Source: an uncultured Gammaproteobacteria bacterium (GTDB lineage: Bacteria > Pseudomonadota > Gammaproteobacteria > Eutrophobiales > Eutrophobiaceae). From it: a DNA stretch of 64,000 nucleotides. The stretch spans positions 338,573 to 402,572 of the forward strand of contig CALSOP010000002.1 in NCBI GenBank assembly GCA_943788005.1, in the 5' to 3' direction. Made by a program: the position numbers and the translations under genes. Numbering within the stretch: position 1 is the stretch's first letter; each line of letters opens with the position of its first letter. Below, one piece after another: positions 11,565 to 22,451 of this stretch. The notes under the pieces are model-generated. The model was given only the letters and a program-made list of their open reading frames with translations. It searched no databases and was not told where the DNA came from.

Positions 11565-12680
11565 TTATGTACAACGACAATACTTGCCACCATGTTGGGC
11601 TTCAATCATTCCTTCTAGTTCCAGTATTAACAGCATGGAGGAAACTACATCTGCCGTCAATCCTGTTAATTCAACAAGCCTATCTACTGATACTATTTCG
11701 TAACCCATACTATCTAATAGTAGTTTGTATTCCGGTTCCAAGTCGCTAAATCCATTCTGACTAACTTCTAGTATGCTGGGCCTATTCAGGACAACATTTG
11801 CCAACGGGGCTAGCTCCTCAAGAATATCATCTATCGTCTCAACTAATTTTGCACCTTGTTTGATTAGACTATGTGTCCCACGTGCGAGTGGGTTATGGAT
11901 GGAACCCGGTATTGCAAAGACATCTCTACCTTGCTCGAGCGCATTATTTGCCGTAATCAATGAACCACTTCTTTTTGCAGCTTCGACCACCAAGACACCC
12001 AAGCTCATGCCACTAATGATGCGGTTTCGTCGAGGGAAATTTCCCGGGTTAGGTTTTGTATTTGGAAGATATTCAGAAAGGAGTAAACCATTTTTTATAA
12101 TTTGCTGGGCAATATATTTATGCCGCGCAGGATAAATACTATTTAAGCCATTGCCTAAAACCGCTATTGTCGAGCCATTTGCATTCAAAGCGCCTAAATG
12201 ACTATGGTAATCAATGCCCAATGCAAGACCACTGCATATTGTCAGTCCTGACCTTGATAATTCAGAGGCAAAATCTTCGGCCAATCTTTTCCCTCCAGCC
12301 GTAGGATTTCTGCTGCCTACAATAGCAAAATGCAGAAAAGCCAATGCGCTTCGCTGCCCTATAGCAAACAAAACCATAGGCGGAGAGTGTATTGTCTTCA
12401 GTAGTTTCGGGTAATCGTCATCAAGATACGTTATTAAATGATGATTTGTCTGATTTAACCATTCAAGGGTTATCCCTATTTGTTCCGGATCTGGTTCAAG
12501 CAGGGAATTTATTGTGTCATCACTTAAACCAAATTGCCTCAGAGTATTGTGATTACTTGATAATATAGCCTTAGGAGTTTTAAATTCGATTAATAATTTA
12601 TTACAAATTGCAGGGCCGATACCAGTAGCCTGTGTCAATGACAACCAATCGGTGTAATTCTGAGTAGCGTCCACATCCAT
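11565..12680 (-). CDS. dprA: DNA processing protein DprA (Smf)
   Basis: 371 aa with the Rossmann-like DprA core (GSRNPTAGG...GIDYHSH). Confidence 0.9.
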   Translation of the reverse strand: MDVDATQNYTDWLSLTQATGIGPAICNKLLIEFKTPKAILSSNHNTLRQFGLSDDTINSLLEPDPEQIGITLEWLNQTNHHLITYLDDDYPKLLKTIHSPPMVLFAIGQRSALAFLHFAIVGSRNPTAGGKRLAEDFASELSRSGLTICSGLALGIDYHSHLGALNANGSTIAVLGNGLNSIYPARHKYIAQQIIKNGLLLSEYLPNTKPNPGNFPRRNRIISGMSLGVLVVEAAKRSGSLITANNALEQGRDVFAIPGSIHNPLARGTHSLIKQGAKLVETIDDILEELAPLANVVLNRPSILEVSQNGFSDLEPEYKLLLDSMGYEIVSVDRLVELTGLTADVVSSMLLILELEGMIEAQHGGKYCRCT

Positions 12681-12808
12681 ATGAAAACTCTAATTGAAGT
12701 AACCCCTTCAACATTATGAAGGGGTATATGTTGTATATCCGCTGATTATAGTAATATTTTTGCTATAAAGTTTGCGTGATTTTCGATTCCTAAAGCTTGG
12801 ATATCTTC

Positions 12809-14017
12809 CTATAAGCTTCTTACTGCATCTAATACGTGCACTGGCCCTTGTGTCTCCATCACCAATGCATAGCTCACTTTATTAAACGTTTTGAAGACCA
12901 TGACTACACCAACATATTCTTCAGGTAAAGTCACATCTTCAGACTTATCTTGTATGTTTGCTATCGTTGGAAATGTCTCATCAAATGCTTCTATGCCTTG
13001 ACCAACTCCGTAGGCGAGTTTGCTTATTACGGTTCCATTTTCGGTAAGCTCCTTCAACTCTGCAGCCTTTTGCGCGTCACTCTTTTGTATATTCGGTCCA
13101 ATTTTATCTTGAACAACATAGCCAGCTTGATATACACCAAGGACATTACCCGCTTCAATACCTTGCTCTGTTCCAAGGTTTAAAACAACAACCTGATATT
13201 GTCCAATTTGAGCAACACCATCAACAACAGATAAAATACTTCCTGCCACTTCATTGCTTGTAGGTCGTGGAATAAACTCTGTGCTGATCTCTTCATCAGT
13301 TTGAGGAAGTAATCGATCTCCTTTCATCACCTCTCGATCAACGACGGTAATTATGGCTGAAGCAGGATCACCATTTTGTTTAATTGTCGCATCGCCAATA
13401 TAAATGGCTTCATACCCCAACACCTCTCCTTCATCTTTTTCATTCTTTTTGGGGTTAACATAAGGTTCGCCCTTTCGATAGATAGAATATCTGGCAACAT
13501 CTGATCCTTCCGGAATACCACGCACATAGATGGTATTGCCTGTGGTTGCTATCAAATGCTCATCATAACTAGACACGACATAGGGCCATTGCTCTATCTC
13601 ATTGTCATCAAGGACAATGGGCCGCTTTAGAAACTGCTGAATTGCATCGATAGGAATAGTTTGAATGGCTTCAGCATTGTCCGTACTACGAATAGTTGGA
13701 GACAGCTTAACATTACGCCCGGATACTATGTGACCGGTCCCTCTTTGAAGGTTTAGCACTGGCTGCCCATCTTGGTATGTAAGAGAGACTATATCTCCTG
13801 GATATATCAAGTGAGGATCCTCTATCTGGGGATTAACACCCCAAATTTCCTGCCATCGCCAAGGCTGCTGTAAAAACCGCGCAGAGATATCCCATAGCGT
13901 ATCGCCTTTCACAACGGTGTAGTTTTCTGGATGATCTGGATTAATTGTTAATTCATCCGCTCTCAAGCTAGTGGTTAATAGCAAAATCGCGCATGAAATC
14001 AGAATTTTATTCAACAT
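12809..14017 (-). CDS. LysM domain-containing secreted protein
   Basis: Signal peptide plus N-terminal LysM (YTVVKGDTLWDISARF...). Conserved neighbour of dprA/def in many proteobacteria. Confidence 0.8.
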   Translation of the reverse strand: MLNKILISCAILLLTTSLRADELTINPDHPENYTVVKGDTLWDISARFLQQPWRWQEIWGVNPQIEDPHLIYPGDIVSLTYQDGQPVLNLQRGTGHIVSGRNVKLSPTIRSTDNAEAIQTIPIDAIQQFLKRPIVLDDNEIEQWPYVVSSYDEHLIATTGNTIYVRGIPEGSDVARYSIYRKGEPYVNPKKNEKDEGEVLGYEAIYIGDATIKQNGDPASAIITVVDREVMKGDRLLPQTDEEISTEFIPRPTSNEVAGSILSVVDGVAQIGQYQVVVLNLGTEQGIEAGNVLGVYQAGYVVQDKIGPNIQKSDAQKAAELKELTENGTVISKLAYGVGQGIEAFDETFPTIANIQDKSEDVTLPEEYVGVVMVFKTFNKVSYALVMETQGPVHVLDAVRSL

Positions 14018-14169
14018 CTCTCTTACCTTACATGGTTTCCTTAATGTAGATTAGCAAAAAGTCTAACAAAATGTTAGTAGAGACGCTATTTTAATGTGGT
14101 TTAACTGCAACAAATAATTTTTCCTATATACTATCAGTCAGTTATAACCATTTTGGAGTGAATATTGCC

Positions 14170-14682
14170 ATGGCAATACTCAAAGTTTTGCACTTTCCTG
14201 ACCCACGCCTACGTAATAAGGCGACTATAGTCAAAGAAATAGGTCCTGACATAAAGGAAATTGCTGAAAATATGCTGGACACGATGTATGCCGAGAATGG
14301 TATTGGCCTCGCGGCAACTCAGGTCAATATTCAGCAAAGAATAGTTGTCATTGATATATCGGAAGAAAAAAACGAGCCACTCATATTGATAAATCCTGAA
14401 ATCACCAAATTAGAAGGCAGTGAATCAATGCGAGAAGGATGCCTTTCGGTGCCTGATTATTACGACATTGTAGAACGTGCTGAGAACATAGAGTTTTGTT
14501 ATAAAACCCTAGATAATGAGTTAGTTACAGTCAATGCGGATGGTTTGCTAGCCGTTTGTGTCCAGCATGAAATCGATCATCTTGATGGTAAATTATTCAT
14601 AGATTACCTCTCACTCCTTAAACGTCAACGCTTAAAGAAAAAAATCGATAAACAAGAAAAACAGCAGCAAACCGTACTGTGA
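14170..14682 (+). CDS. def: peptide deformylase
   Basis: MAILKVLHFPDPRLR..., GIGLAATQV, EGCLS and QHEIDHL motifs. Confidence 0.95.
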   Translation: MAILKVLHFPDPRLRNKATIVKEIGPDIKEIAENMLDTMYAENGIGLAATQVNIQQRIVVIDISEEKNEPLILINPEITKLEGSESMREGCLSVPDYYDIVERAENIEFCYKTLDNELVTVNADGLLAVCVQHEIDHLDGKLFIDYLSLLKRQRLKKKIDKQEKQQQTVL

Positions 14683-15620
14683 ATAAGGCCAAATTAAGGC
14701 TCGCATTTGCAGGCACGCCAGAAATTGCCCGAACTGTGCTGGAAGAACTGATTCGCGAAGGTCGTCATTCTGTCGAACTAGTTCTAACTCAGCCTGACAG
14801 GCCCGCAGGGCGTGGCCGTAAGCTTAAACCGAGTGATGTTAAGCTCTGTGCCCTCGAGAACAACATTCCTGTTATCCAACCTGCGACATCTAAAGAACTT
14901 GTTTCAGATACATTAAAAAATTGTGATGTGATGCTAGTAGTAGCATATGGCCTTCTAATTACTCCAGATATATTGGTAACTCCCAAATATGGCTGTATTA
15001 ATATACACACCTCTTTACTTCCGCGTTGGCGAGGAGCTGCACCTATTCAAAGAGCCATAGAAAAGGGTGATAGCGAGACTGGCATTACAATAATGCAGAT
15101 GGATAGTGGCTTAGATACTGGTCCAATGTTGGAACAATTTACTTGTTCGATTATGCCTGATGACACTGCGGGGAAATTGCACGATCGTTTGGCTGAACTG
15201 AGTGCAGCAAACATAAATGATCTACTGAGTAAAATTGTTAATCATGAAGCTAACCCAATAGAACAAGATAATTCTAAGGCGACTTATGCAAATAAAATAA
15301 GTAAACAAGAGGCAAAAATCGACTGGACTCAGTCTGCCATTGAACTGGAAAGAAAAATTCGCGCATTCAATCCATTCCCTGTGACACATACAACAATAAA
15401 CAACATCAATATACGAATATGGGAAGCAGAAATTAAACAAGGCCCGGATAATTTACTGACTGGCGCCATACTGAACAACAAAACAAGTCTGGATATTATG
15501 ACGGGTCAAGATGTCCTTGCTATAACAAGATTACAATTACCTGGAAAACGACCAATGTCCGCGAAAGACTTTCTCAATGGTCATCCTGAGTTTATCAATG
15601 AAAATACCGTTGCCTGTTAA
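14679..15620 (+). CDS. fmt: methionyl-tRNA formyltransferase
   Basis: 313 aa, overlaps the def stop. Conserved SLLPRWRGAAPIQ motif. Confidence 0.95.
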   Translation: MNKAKLRLAFAGTPEIARTVLEELIREGRHSVELVLTQPDRPAGRGRKLKPSDVKLCALENNIPVIQPATSKELVSDTLKNCDVMLVVAYGLLITPDILVTPKYGCINIHTSLLPRWRGAAPIQRAIEKGDSETGITIMQMDSGLDTGPMLEQFTCSIMPDDTAGKLHDRLAELSAANINDLLSKIVNHEANPIEQDNSKATYANKISKQEAKIDWTQSAIELERKIRAFNPFPVTHTTINNINIRIWEAEIKQGPDNLLTGAILNNKTSLDIMTGQDVLAITRLQLPGKRPMSAKDFLNGHPEFINENTVAC

Positions 15621-15631
15621 TTATAACCATC

Positions 15632-16930
15632 ATGTCATCACGTTTAATAGCCACCCAAATTGTTGAGCAGGTAATTGAAAGTAAACTCCCCCTCACTTAT
15701 GCATTGCGTCATAACGAATCATTCAAGCAAGCAGGAAATGATAAAGCATTAATTCAGGAAATTTGCTACGGAACATTCAGGTGGTATGCCCAACTTGAAT
15801 ATATCCTTGATCAATTGTTAGATAAACGTATAAAGAAAAAAGACAGTCGCCTTAAATATTTAATGATTGTCGGATTGTATCAATTACGCTTTATGCGAAT
15901 TCCTCCTCATGCTGTTGTCTCTGAGACCGTCAATACTTGCAAAAAAATAAAAATGGAATGGGCTAAAAACTTAGTCAATGCAATCTTACGTCGGTATATT
16001 CGAGAAACGGAACTATTTAATCCTGCTGTTGATAACGACGATGGCCTAAGAACATCGCATTCCAAATGGATTATCGAACAACTTAGGCGCGACTGGCCCA
16101 AAGAATGGAAAAGCATCCTTGAAGCAAACAACCAGCATCCTCCGATGTATCTTCGGGTAAACGAACTACGTCAAAGTCGAGAACAGTACCTAATAAAAAT
16201 GAAACAGGCTGGTATTGCAGGACAAATCACGCCTTATTCTAAACAAGGAATACTGCTGGAAAAACCAACTGACGTTGAACAATTGCCGGGGTTTAATAAA
16301 GGGGAAGTTTCAGTACAGGAACTGGCTGCACAATTATCAGTAGAACTTCTTGATTTAAAACCTGAACAAACTGTCCTCGATGCCTGTGCTGCACCAGGAG
16401 GCAAGAGTTCACACATACTTGAGTCACAAGCAAAGATTAAATCTTTGACCGTCATAGAAAAAGATCCAAACCGTGCGAAAAGATTGTCCGAAACGCTAAT
16501 AAGGTTAGGCCTCCATGCTATAACTAAAGTGTCTGACATTAATGATATTGATCACTGGTGGAACAAAGAACCTTTTGACCGTATTTTATTAGATGCTCCT
16601 TGCTCTGCCACAGGCGTAATTCGCCGGCACCCTGATATTAAAATATTAAGAACACCTGAAGATGTTAAGGCAATTAACTCTTTGCAGATGCAGCTTTTAA
16701 CAACGCTTTGGCAAACCTTAAAACCGAAAGGCTTATTGGTTTATGTTACTTGCTCTATATTTAAAAAGGAAAACTCGGATCTGATAAAAATATTTATTGA
16801 TAAAAACACCGACTGTGTTCTCAAACCTATTGAGGCAGAATGGGGTAAAGACACCGGTTATGGCAAGCAAATTTTAACCGGGCAAAACAATATGGATGGA
16901 TTCTTCTATGCTTGTCTGGAGAAGATTTAG
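15632..16930 (+). CDS. rsmB: 16S rRNA (cytosine967-C5)-methyltransferase
   Basis: 432 aa with an N-terminal NusB-like domain and a SAM methyltransferase domain (DACAAPGGKS). Confidence 0.9.
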   Translation: MSSRLIATQIVEQVIESKLPLTYALRHNESFKQAGNDKALIQEICYGTFRWYAQLEYILDQLLDKRIKKKDSRLKYLMIVGLYQLRFMRIPPHAVVSETVNTCKKIKMEWAKNLVNAILRRYIRETELFNPAVDNDDGLRTSHSKWIIEQLRRDWPKEWKSILEANNQHPPMYLRVNELRQSREQYLIKMKQAGIAGQITPYSKQGILLEKPTDVEQLPGFNKGEVSVQELAAQLSVELLDLKPEQTVLDACAAPGGKSSHILESQAKIKSLTVIEKDPNRAKRLSETLIRLGLHAITKVSDINDIDHWWNKEPFDRILLDAPCSATGVIRRHPDIKILRTPEDVKAINSLQMQLLTTLWQTLKPKGLLVYVTCSIFKKENSDLIKIFIDKNTDCVLKPIEAEWGKDTGYGKQILTGQNNMDGFFYACLEKI

Positions 16931-16934
16931 TCTG

Positions 16935-17501
16935 ATGTCTTTTTTGACTACTCACATAGCAAAAACTAGCGTTCTTTTTATACTGCTATGTATAAACTAT
17001 ACCTGCAATGCAAATACAACCAAGATAAATGCTACTCATATTTACCTTGAGAATAGTACTTATTATCTTAATGCCTCATATGAATTTGAATTATCAGAAG
17101 AAGCGTATAAAGCATTACGACATGGAATATCATTCGAGATTCATGCCCATTTTCAATTGCGTTTAAAACGCACCTGGCTTTGGGATAAAACGATTAGTGA
17201 AAAAAAATTGATATATAAACTAGAACATAAACCATTAACCGAGAATTTTCTAACTATCAATTTATTAACCGGTTTACGTCATTCGCATGATAATCTTGAT
17301 GCTGCATTAAATTATATAAAAAACATTTCGAAAATGGCGCTATTTGACGAGGACTTATTAATTGGAAATAAAACATACATTGCAAGAATTCGGGCTTATC
17401 TTGATATAGAATCATTGCCTCCACCAATGCGACCTCAAGCGTATTTTTCTCCAAACTGGGATCTGTCAAGTGAATGGTATGAATGGGAATTGGGACGATG
17501 A
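16935..17501 (+). CDS. DUF4390 family periplasmic protein
   Basis: Signal peptide protein lying between rsmB and ntrY, the usual position of DUF4390. ORF 16896-17501; start taken as ATG 16935. Confidence 0.7.
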   Translation: MSFLTTHIAKTSVLFILLCINYTCNANTTKINATHIYLENSTYYLNASYEFELSEEAYKALRHGISFEIHAHFQLRLKRTWLWDKTISEKKLIYKLEHKPLTENFLTINLLTGLRHSHDNLDAALNYIKNISKMALFDEDLLIGNKTYIARIRAYLDIESLPPPMRPQAYFSPNWDLSSEWYEWELGR

Positions 17502-19693
17502 ACAAAGGTAGTAACCTAATATTATTGATCGGTTCAAGCCTGTTCATTTTTATGCTTGCTTCATTAGTTATGATGAGTCAGGCATTACAAAACTCAGAAA
17601 TATTTGACCGCTATTATTCAGTCCTCCTTATATTAAATGGCCTAGGTTTAGTTAGTCTGGTCGTATTGATCCTTTTGAATCTAAAGCGGCTAATTCGCCA
17701 ATTTAAAAACAAGATTGTCGGTTCTAGAATGACCGTCAGAATGGTAATGCTTTTTTCCATATTATCAGTAACGCCTGTTTTAATTGTGTACTACTTTTCA
17801 TTGGATTTCCTTCATCGCGGTATAGATAGCTGGTTTGATCTGCGTGTAGAACAAGCACTTGATGACTCGCTTGAATTAAGTCGACTCGCGCTCGATGTGC
17901 GTATGCGTGAATTATTAAATACGACTGAAAAAATAGCAGAGGAATTAAATGAGTCAAACGATGCAGAGTTACCTTTTGATGTTGACCAGATAAGAGAGCG
18001 CAGTAGCGCCTATGAGCTTACCTTATTAACCAGAAAAGGCGTCGTTATAGCGTCAAGCTCCAGTGATACAAAAAGCCTTGTTCCCGACACGCCGGGTAAA
18101 ACTATTTTATTACAATTATTACAGGGAAATAGTTACATTGGTCTGGATGTAATTAAGAATACAAACTTATTAATTCGAGTAGTTGCAAATCTGCCTACGA
18201 TTGATATTGATAAGGAAGCGCGTATTGTGCAGGTGCTATTTCCAATTTCTGAACGCATGAATCAATTAGCTGAAAGCGTTCAATCTGCCTTTATTGAATA
18301 CAAGGAACTCTCATACCTGCGCGAGCAGCTGAAAGTAAGCTTCATAATAATATTAACGCTGGTTTTGTTATTTAGTATGTTCAGTGCTGTATGGGCAGCT
18401 TTTTATTCGGCTCGAAAACTATCTGAGCCTGTCAAAAACCTAGCGGAAGGAACCAAGGCAATTGCAGAAGGTGACTATAGCACTCGCCTACCCGTGCCGG
18501 GAAATGATGAACTAGGTTTCCTGGTCTCATCTTTTAATGATATGACTGATAAAATATCTCAAGCACGTGACTCTGTAAAACAAAGCCAGCAAGAAACAGA
18601 ATCTCAACGCAATTTTCTGGAAACCGTTTTATCTCGTTTGTCTTCAGGTGTCATCGTTTTTAACAAAGATGGCAAACTTGAAAAATCAAACATTAGTGCC
18701 AATCAAATATTACATGTGGATGTTGAGGCCCTCGAACAAAAAGACATGGCCACAATCATTAAAGAATTCCCATACCTAACTGATTTTTTTGAATGCATTT
18801 CATCAAATATTGAAGACCAATTAGACGAATGGCGTGAACAGATCACGTTGGCCAGTAAAACTGGTAACCTTATCTTGATGATTAATGGCGCTACACTTAT
18901 AGGAACCGATGGCTTAACAAGTGGTTATGTTATTGTTTTTGATGAAATCACCGCTTTGATTCGTGGCCAACGTGATGCAGCATGGAGTGAAATGGCACGT
19001 CGACTAGCCCATGAAATTAAAAATCCACTCACACCGATTCAGCTTGCTGCAGAACGATTACGTCATAAGTATTTATCTTCAATGAATGCAGCGGATGCAG
19101 ACATGTTGGACAGAATGACAAACACGATTATTCAGCAAGTAGATACCATGAAAGAAATGGTGAATAGCTTTTCAGACTATGCAAGGTCTCCTGAATTTAA
19201 TCCCGAAGAGATCAGGTTAGAGCATCTCATTCTAGAAGGCCGTGACTTGTTCAGTAATATGGATAATGAAAATGAAATTGAAGTAGATATTGACCCCAAT
19301 TTGCCCTTGATCATAGGAGACGAAAAGAAGTTACGACAAGTCTTCAATAATCTTTTGACAAATGCTATTGATGCAAACGCAATGGGAGAGGAAAATCAAC
19401 TTACAATCAGTGCTAAAGCCATAAATATTGATAACTATCATATGGTTGAAATTCGCGTTAAAGATAACGGCCCTGGTATTGAGGCACAGGTTGCGAATAA
19501 ATTATTTGAACCTTATATAACAACCAAACAAAAAGGAACCGGACTAGGTCTGGCTATTGTAAAGAAAATTATTGACGAACATTCTGGCACGGTCTGGCTT
19601 GAGAACAATAATGATAATAATGGAGCATGCGCCGTGGTAAGATTACCAGCTCTCAATCAATCGATTCAAACAACTAAATCACAGATAGCTTAA
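17483..19693 (+). CDS. ntrY: NtrY-like sensor histidine kinase (TM-HAMP-PAS-HisKA-HATPase)
   Basis: 736 aa with multiple N-terminal TM helices, a HAMP region, and an H-box (RLAHEIKNPLTPIQL), N-box (NLLTNAID) and G-boxes (GTGLGLAIV). Confidence 0.85.
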   Translation: MGIGTMNKGSNLILLIGSSLFIFMLASLVMMSQALQNSEIFDRYYSVLLILNGLGLVSLVVLILLNLKRLIRQFKNKIVGSRMTVRMVMLFSILSVTPVLIVYYFSLDFLHRGIDSWFDLRVEQALDDSLELSRLALDVRMRELLNTTEKIAEELNESNDAELPFDVDQIRERSSAYELTLLTRKGVVIASSSSDTKSLVPDTPGKTILLQLLQGNSYIGLDVIKNTNLLIRVVANLPTIDIDKEARIVQVLFPISERMNQLAESVQSAFIEYKELSYLREQLKVSFIIILTLVLLFSMFSAVWAAFYSARKLSEPVKNLAEGTKAIAEGDYSTRLPVPGNDELGFLVSSFNDMTDKISQARDSVKQSQQETESQRNFLETVLSRLSSGVIVFNKDGKLEKSNISANQILHVDVEALEQKDMATIIKEFPYLTDFFECISSNIEDQLDEWREQITLASKTGNLILMINGATLIGTDGLTSGYVIVFDEITALIRGQRDAAWSEMARRLAHEIKNPLTPIQLAAERLRHKYLSSMNAADADMLDRMTNTIIQQVDTMKEMVNSFSDYARSPEFNPEEIRLEHLILEGRDLFSNMDNENEIEVDIDPNLPLIIGDEKKLRQVFNNLLTNAIDANAMGEENQLTISAKAINIDNYHMVEIRVKDNGPGIEAQVANKLFEPYITTKQKGTGLGLAIVKKIIDEHSGTVWLENNNDNNGACAVVRLPALNQSIQTTKSQIA

Positions 19694-21051
19694 TGGGTAT
19701 TCGACATATTCTTGTTGTAGATGATGAACCTGATATCAGAAGTCTGGTAAAGGAGATTCTTGAAGATGAAGGTTTTAGTGTCGCCGTTGCAGAGAATGCT
19801 ACAAAAGCTCGTCAATTGGTAGAATCATTTAAACCAGATTTAGTGTTACTTGATATCTGGATGCCAGATATCGATGGTATTACTTTGCTTAAAGAATGGC
19901 ATGAAAAGAATGTTTTATCTGCCCCTGTAGTCATGATGTCAGGTCATGGGAATGTCGAAACAGCAGTTGAGGCGACGCGGCTGGGAGCTTATGATTTTAT
20001 CGAAAAACCACTTTCAATTGCCAAACTGTTATTAACGATAAAACATGCGCTTGAAACAACATCATTACAACAAGAAAATTTACAACTGCACCATGTCACT
20101 TCATCCAAACTTGATCTGATAGGAAGAAGTAAAAAAATATCAAACTTAAGAACCCAAATATCAAGAATCGCAAACCATGACACACCGGTGCTGATTCATG
20201 GAGAGTCGGGGACTGACAAAGAATTGTTCGCGCGCTATTTACATTCGCTTAGTAAATATAGTGACGGCCCATTTATATCAACAAGCATATCCACTTTAGG
20301 CAAAGATCATGCAGAAACCGAACTATTTGGATTGAAAACAAATCACCAATTACAAGAAGGTTATTTTGACAGAGCCAAAGGCGGCACACTTTATATTAAA
20401 GACATTGGTGAATTAAACACCGACCTTCAATCTCGTTTACATGATGTATTAGAGACTAAAAAATACACTCACATTGGGAGTTCTGATCCGATTGAGCTGG
20501 ATATGCGGATAATAGTTGCTACACGATTTAATATTAAATCTCTGGTTGAAGAAGGTAGCTTTAGGGATGATTTATATTATCAATTAAATATTCTACCTAT
20601 CACTATCCCAGCACTACGTGACCACTATGAAGATATACCGGCATTACTTGAACACTTCGTTAATTATTTTATAGAAACAGAGGGACTCCCTTACCGAAAA
20701 TTTAGTGTTGCAGCACAAAACCGTCTAAGAAGTTATCAATGGCCTGGCAATGTAAGAGAATTAAAAAACATTGTTCAACGCCTTTTAATCCTCGGTACAG
20801 ATGAAAACATAAATGTCGATGAAATCGAGGCTAGCCTGGGTAATACTGACACAAAACAAAATGGTACCACTACAGAGATTTTCGATTTCGATTTACCATT
20901 GCGAGATGCGAGAGAAAATTTTGAAAAAGTTTATCTCGAATATCAATTAAAAAAGGCGAAAGGTAGTGTCAGTAAAGTTGCTAACGCGGTTGGTATAGAA
21001 CGTACACATCTATATCGTAAACTGAAAATGCTGGGAATTGAACTAAAATGA
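19693..21051 (+). CDS. ntrX: NtrX-like NtrC-family response regulator with degenerate AAA+ motifs
   Basis: Receiver domain (VVDDEPDIR...LLDIWMPDIDG), central AAA+ domain and C-terminal Fis-type HTH. Walker A is GESGTDKE, Walker B is LYIKDIGE, and no GAFTGA motif is present. Confidence 0.85.
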   Translation: MGIRHILVVDDEPDIRSLVKEILEDEGFSVAVAENATKARQLVESFKPDLVLLDIWMPDIDGITLLKEWHEKNVLSAPVVMMSGHGNVETAVEATRLGAYDFIEKPLSIAKLLLTIKHALETTSLQQENLQLHHVTSSKLDLIGRSKKISNLRTQISRIANHDTPVLIHGESGTDKELFARYLHSLSKYSDGPFISTSISTLGKDHAETELFGLKTNHQLQEGYFDRAKGGTLYIKDIGELNTDLQSRLHDVLETKKYTHIGSSDPIELDMRIIVATRFNIKSLVEEGSFRDDLYYQLNILPITIPALRDHYEDIPALLEHFVNYFIETEGLPYRKFSVAAQNRLRSYQWPGNVRELKNIVQRLLILGTDENINVDEIEASLGNTDTKQNGTTTEIFDFDLPLRDARENFEKVYLEYQLKKAKGSVSKVANAVGIERTHLYRKLKMLGIELK

Positions 21052-22421
21052 AAATCATCATATTGGGAGCAGGTCAAGTTGGTGCATCAGTAGCAGCCAA
21101 TTTAGTTAATGAAGATAACGATATTACCTTGGTCGACAATAACCCTGCCGCATTACAACTGATCAGTGAACGCTACGACTTGAGAACGATTACTGGTATT
21201 GCCTCACATCCTTCAGTATTAGCAAAGGCAGGTGCCAAAGATGCCGACATGATCCTCGCTGTTACCAATAGCGATGAGGTCAACATGATAGCCTGCCAAG
21301 TTGCCTACACCCTGTTTCATACCCCTACAAAAATTGCACGGATCCGTGAAGAGGAATATTTATCGAGCACCGCGCTTTTTGCTCAAGAGGCATTACCAAT
21401 TGACGTTTTAATTAGTCCAGAACAACTAGTCACCGATTACATAAAAAAACTGATCGAGCATCCCGGTGCACTACAAGTACTTGATTTTGCTAATGGAAAA
21501 GCACAGATGGTTGCCTTAAAAGCAACCTATAGTGGTATGTTAGTGGGTCATTCATTACTAGAACTTAGAAAACAACTTCCAAATATTGAATATAAGATAG
21601 CAATTATCTTCAGGGACAATCAAGCAATCATTCCCAATGCTGAGACCACCATTGAAGCAGATGATGAAATATTTTTCATTGGCTCACAAAAATCAATTCG
21701 TAAAATATTGCACATCATTCGTTTCAAGGAAAAACCGCTTAAAAGTATTATGATCGCGGGTGGTGGCAATATAGGTTTACGACTAGCTGAATTATTAGAA
21801 GATAATTACAAGGTTAAATTACTCGAGTTTGATCCTGAAAAAGCACACTTCGCATCAGAAGCATTAAAAAACACAATTGTTTTGTGTGGTGATTCGGCCG
21901 ACGAAGAACTGCTGCAAGAAGAAGATATTGATAGAACCGACGTATTCTGTGCGTTAACAAATGCTGATGAAGCTAATATCATTTCATCAATGCTTGCAAA
22001 GCGGTTAGGCGCTAGAAAAGTAATGGCGTTAATCAATCGCGCTGCCTATATTGATCTGGTACAAAGTAATACTATTGATATAGCAATCTCTCCACAGCAA
22101 GCCACAATTGGTAGTTTGCTTGCACATATACGCAAGGGTGATGTGGTCGTTGTACATGCCTTAAGAAGAGGTGCTGCTGAAGCGATTGAGGCCATTGCAC
22201 ATGGCAATACATCCTCATCAAAAGTAGTCGGTAAAACAATCGGTGATATCAATTTACCACACGGTACAACAATAGCCGCCATCGTACGTGGCGAAAATGT
22301 TTTGATGGGAAAAAAGAGAACTATCATAGAAGCCGAAGACCATGTCATCCTGATTGTCTCCGATAAAAAGCATGTTGCAGAAGTCGAATCCCTGTTTCAG
22401 GTTGGCATTACCTTTTTATAA
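21048..22421 (+). CDS. trkA: Trk potassium uptake protein TrkA (two RCK/NAD-binding tandem domains)
   Basis: 457 aa with two GAGQVG/GGGNIG Rossmann motifs. Confidence 0.95.
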   Translation: MKIIILGAGQVGASVAANLVNEDNDITLVDNNPAALQLISERYDLRTITGIASHPSVLAKAGAKDADMILAVTNSDEVNMIACQVAYTLFHTPTKIARIREEEYLSSTALFAQEALPIDVLISPEQLVTDYIKKLIEHPGALQVLDFANGKAQMVALKATYSGMLVGHSLLELRKQLPNIEYKIAIIFRDNQAIIPNAETTIEADDEIFFIGSQKSIRKILHIIRFKEKPLKSIMIAGGGNIGLRLAELLEDNYKVKLLEFDPEKAHFASEALKNTIVLCGDSADEELLQEEDIDRTDVFCALTNADEANIISSMLAKRLGARKVMALINRAAYIDLVQSNTIDIAISPQQATIGSLLAHIRKGDVVVVHALRRGAAEAIEAIAHGNTSSSKVVGKTIGDINLPHGTTIAAIVRGENVLMGKKRTIIEAEDHVILIVSDKKHVAEVESLFQVGITFL

Positions 22422-22451
22422 ATGAAAGATTTCGACTAGGGATTATTAACG

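Noticed and set aside
12700-12726. Hairpin CCCCTTC-n8-GAAGGGG between the dprA start and the LysM gene end
   Set aside because: It could be a terminator for the LysM gene, but the downstream tract is only weakly U-rich and dprA starts immediately after. Evidence too weak to call.
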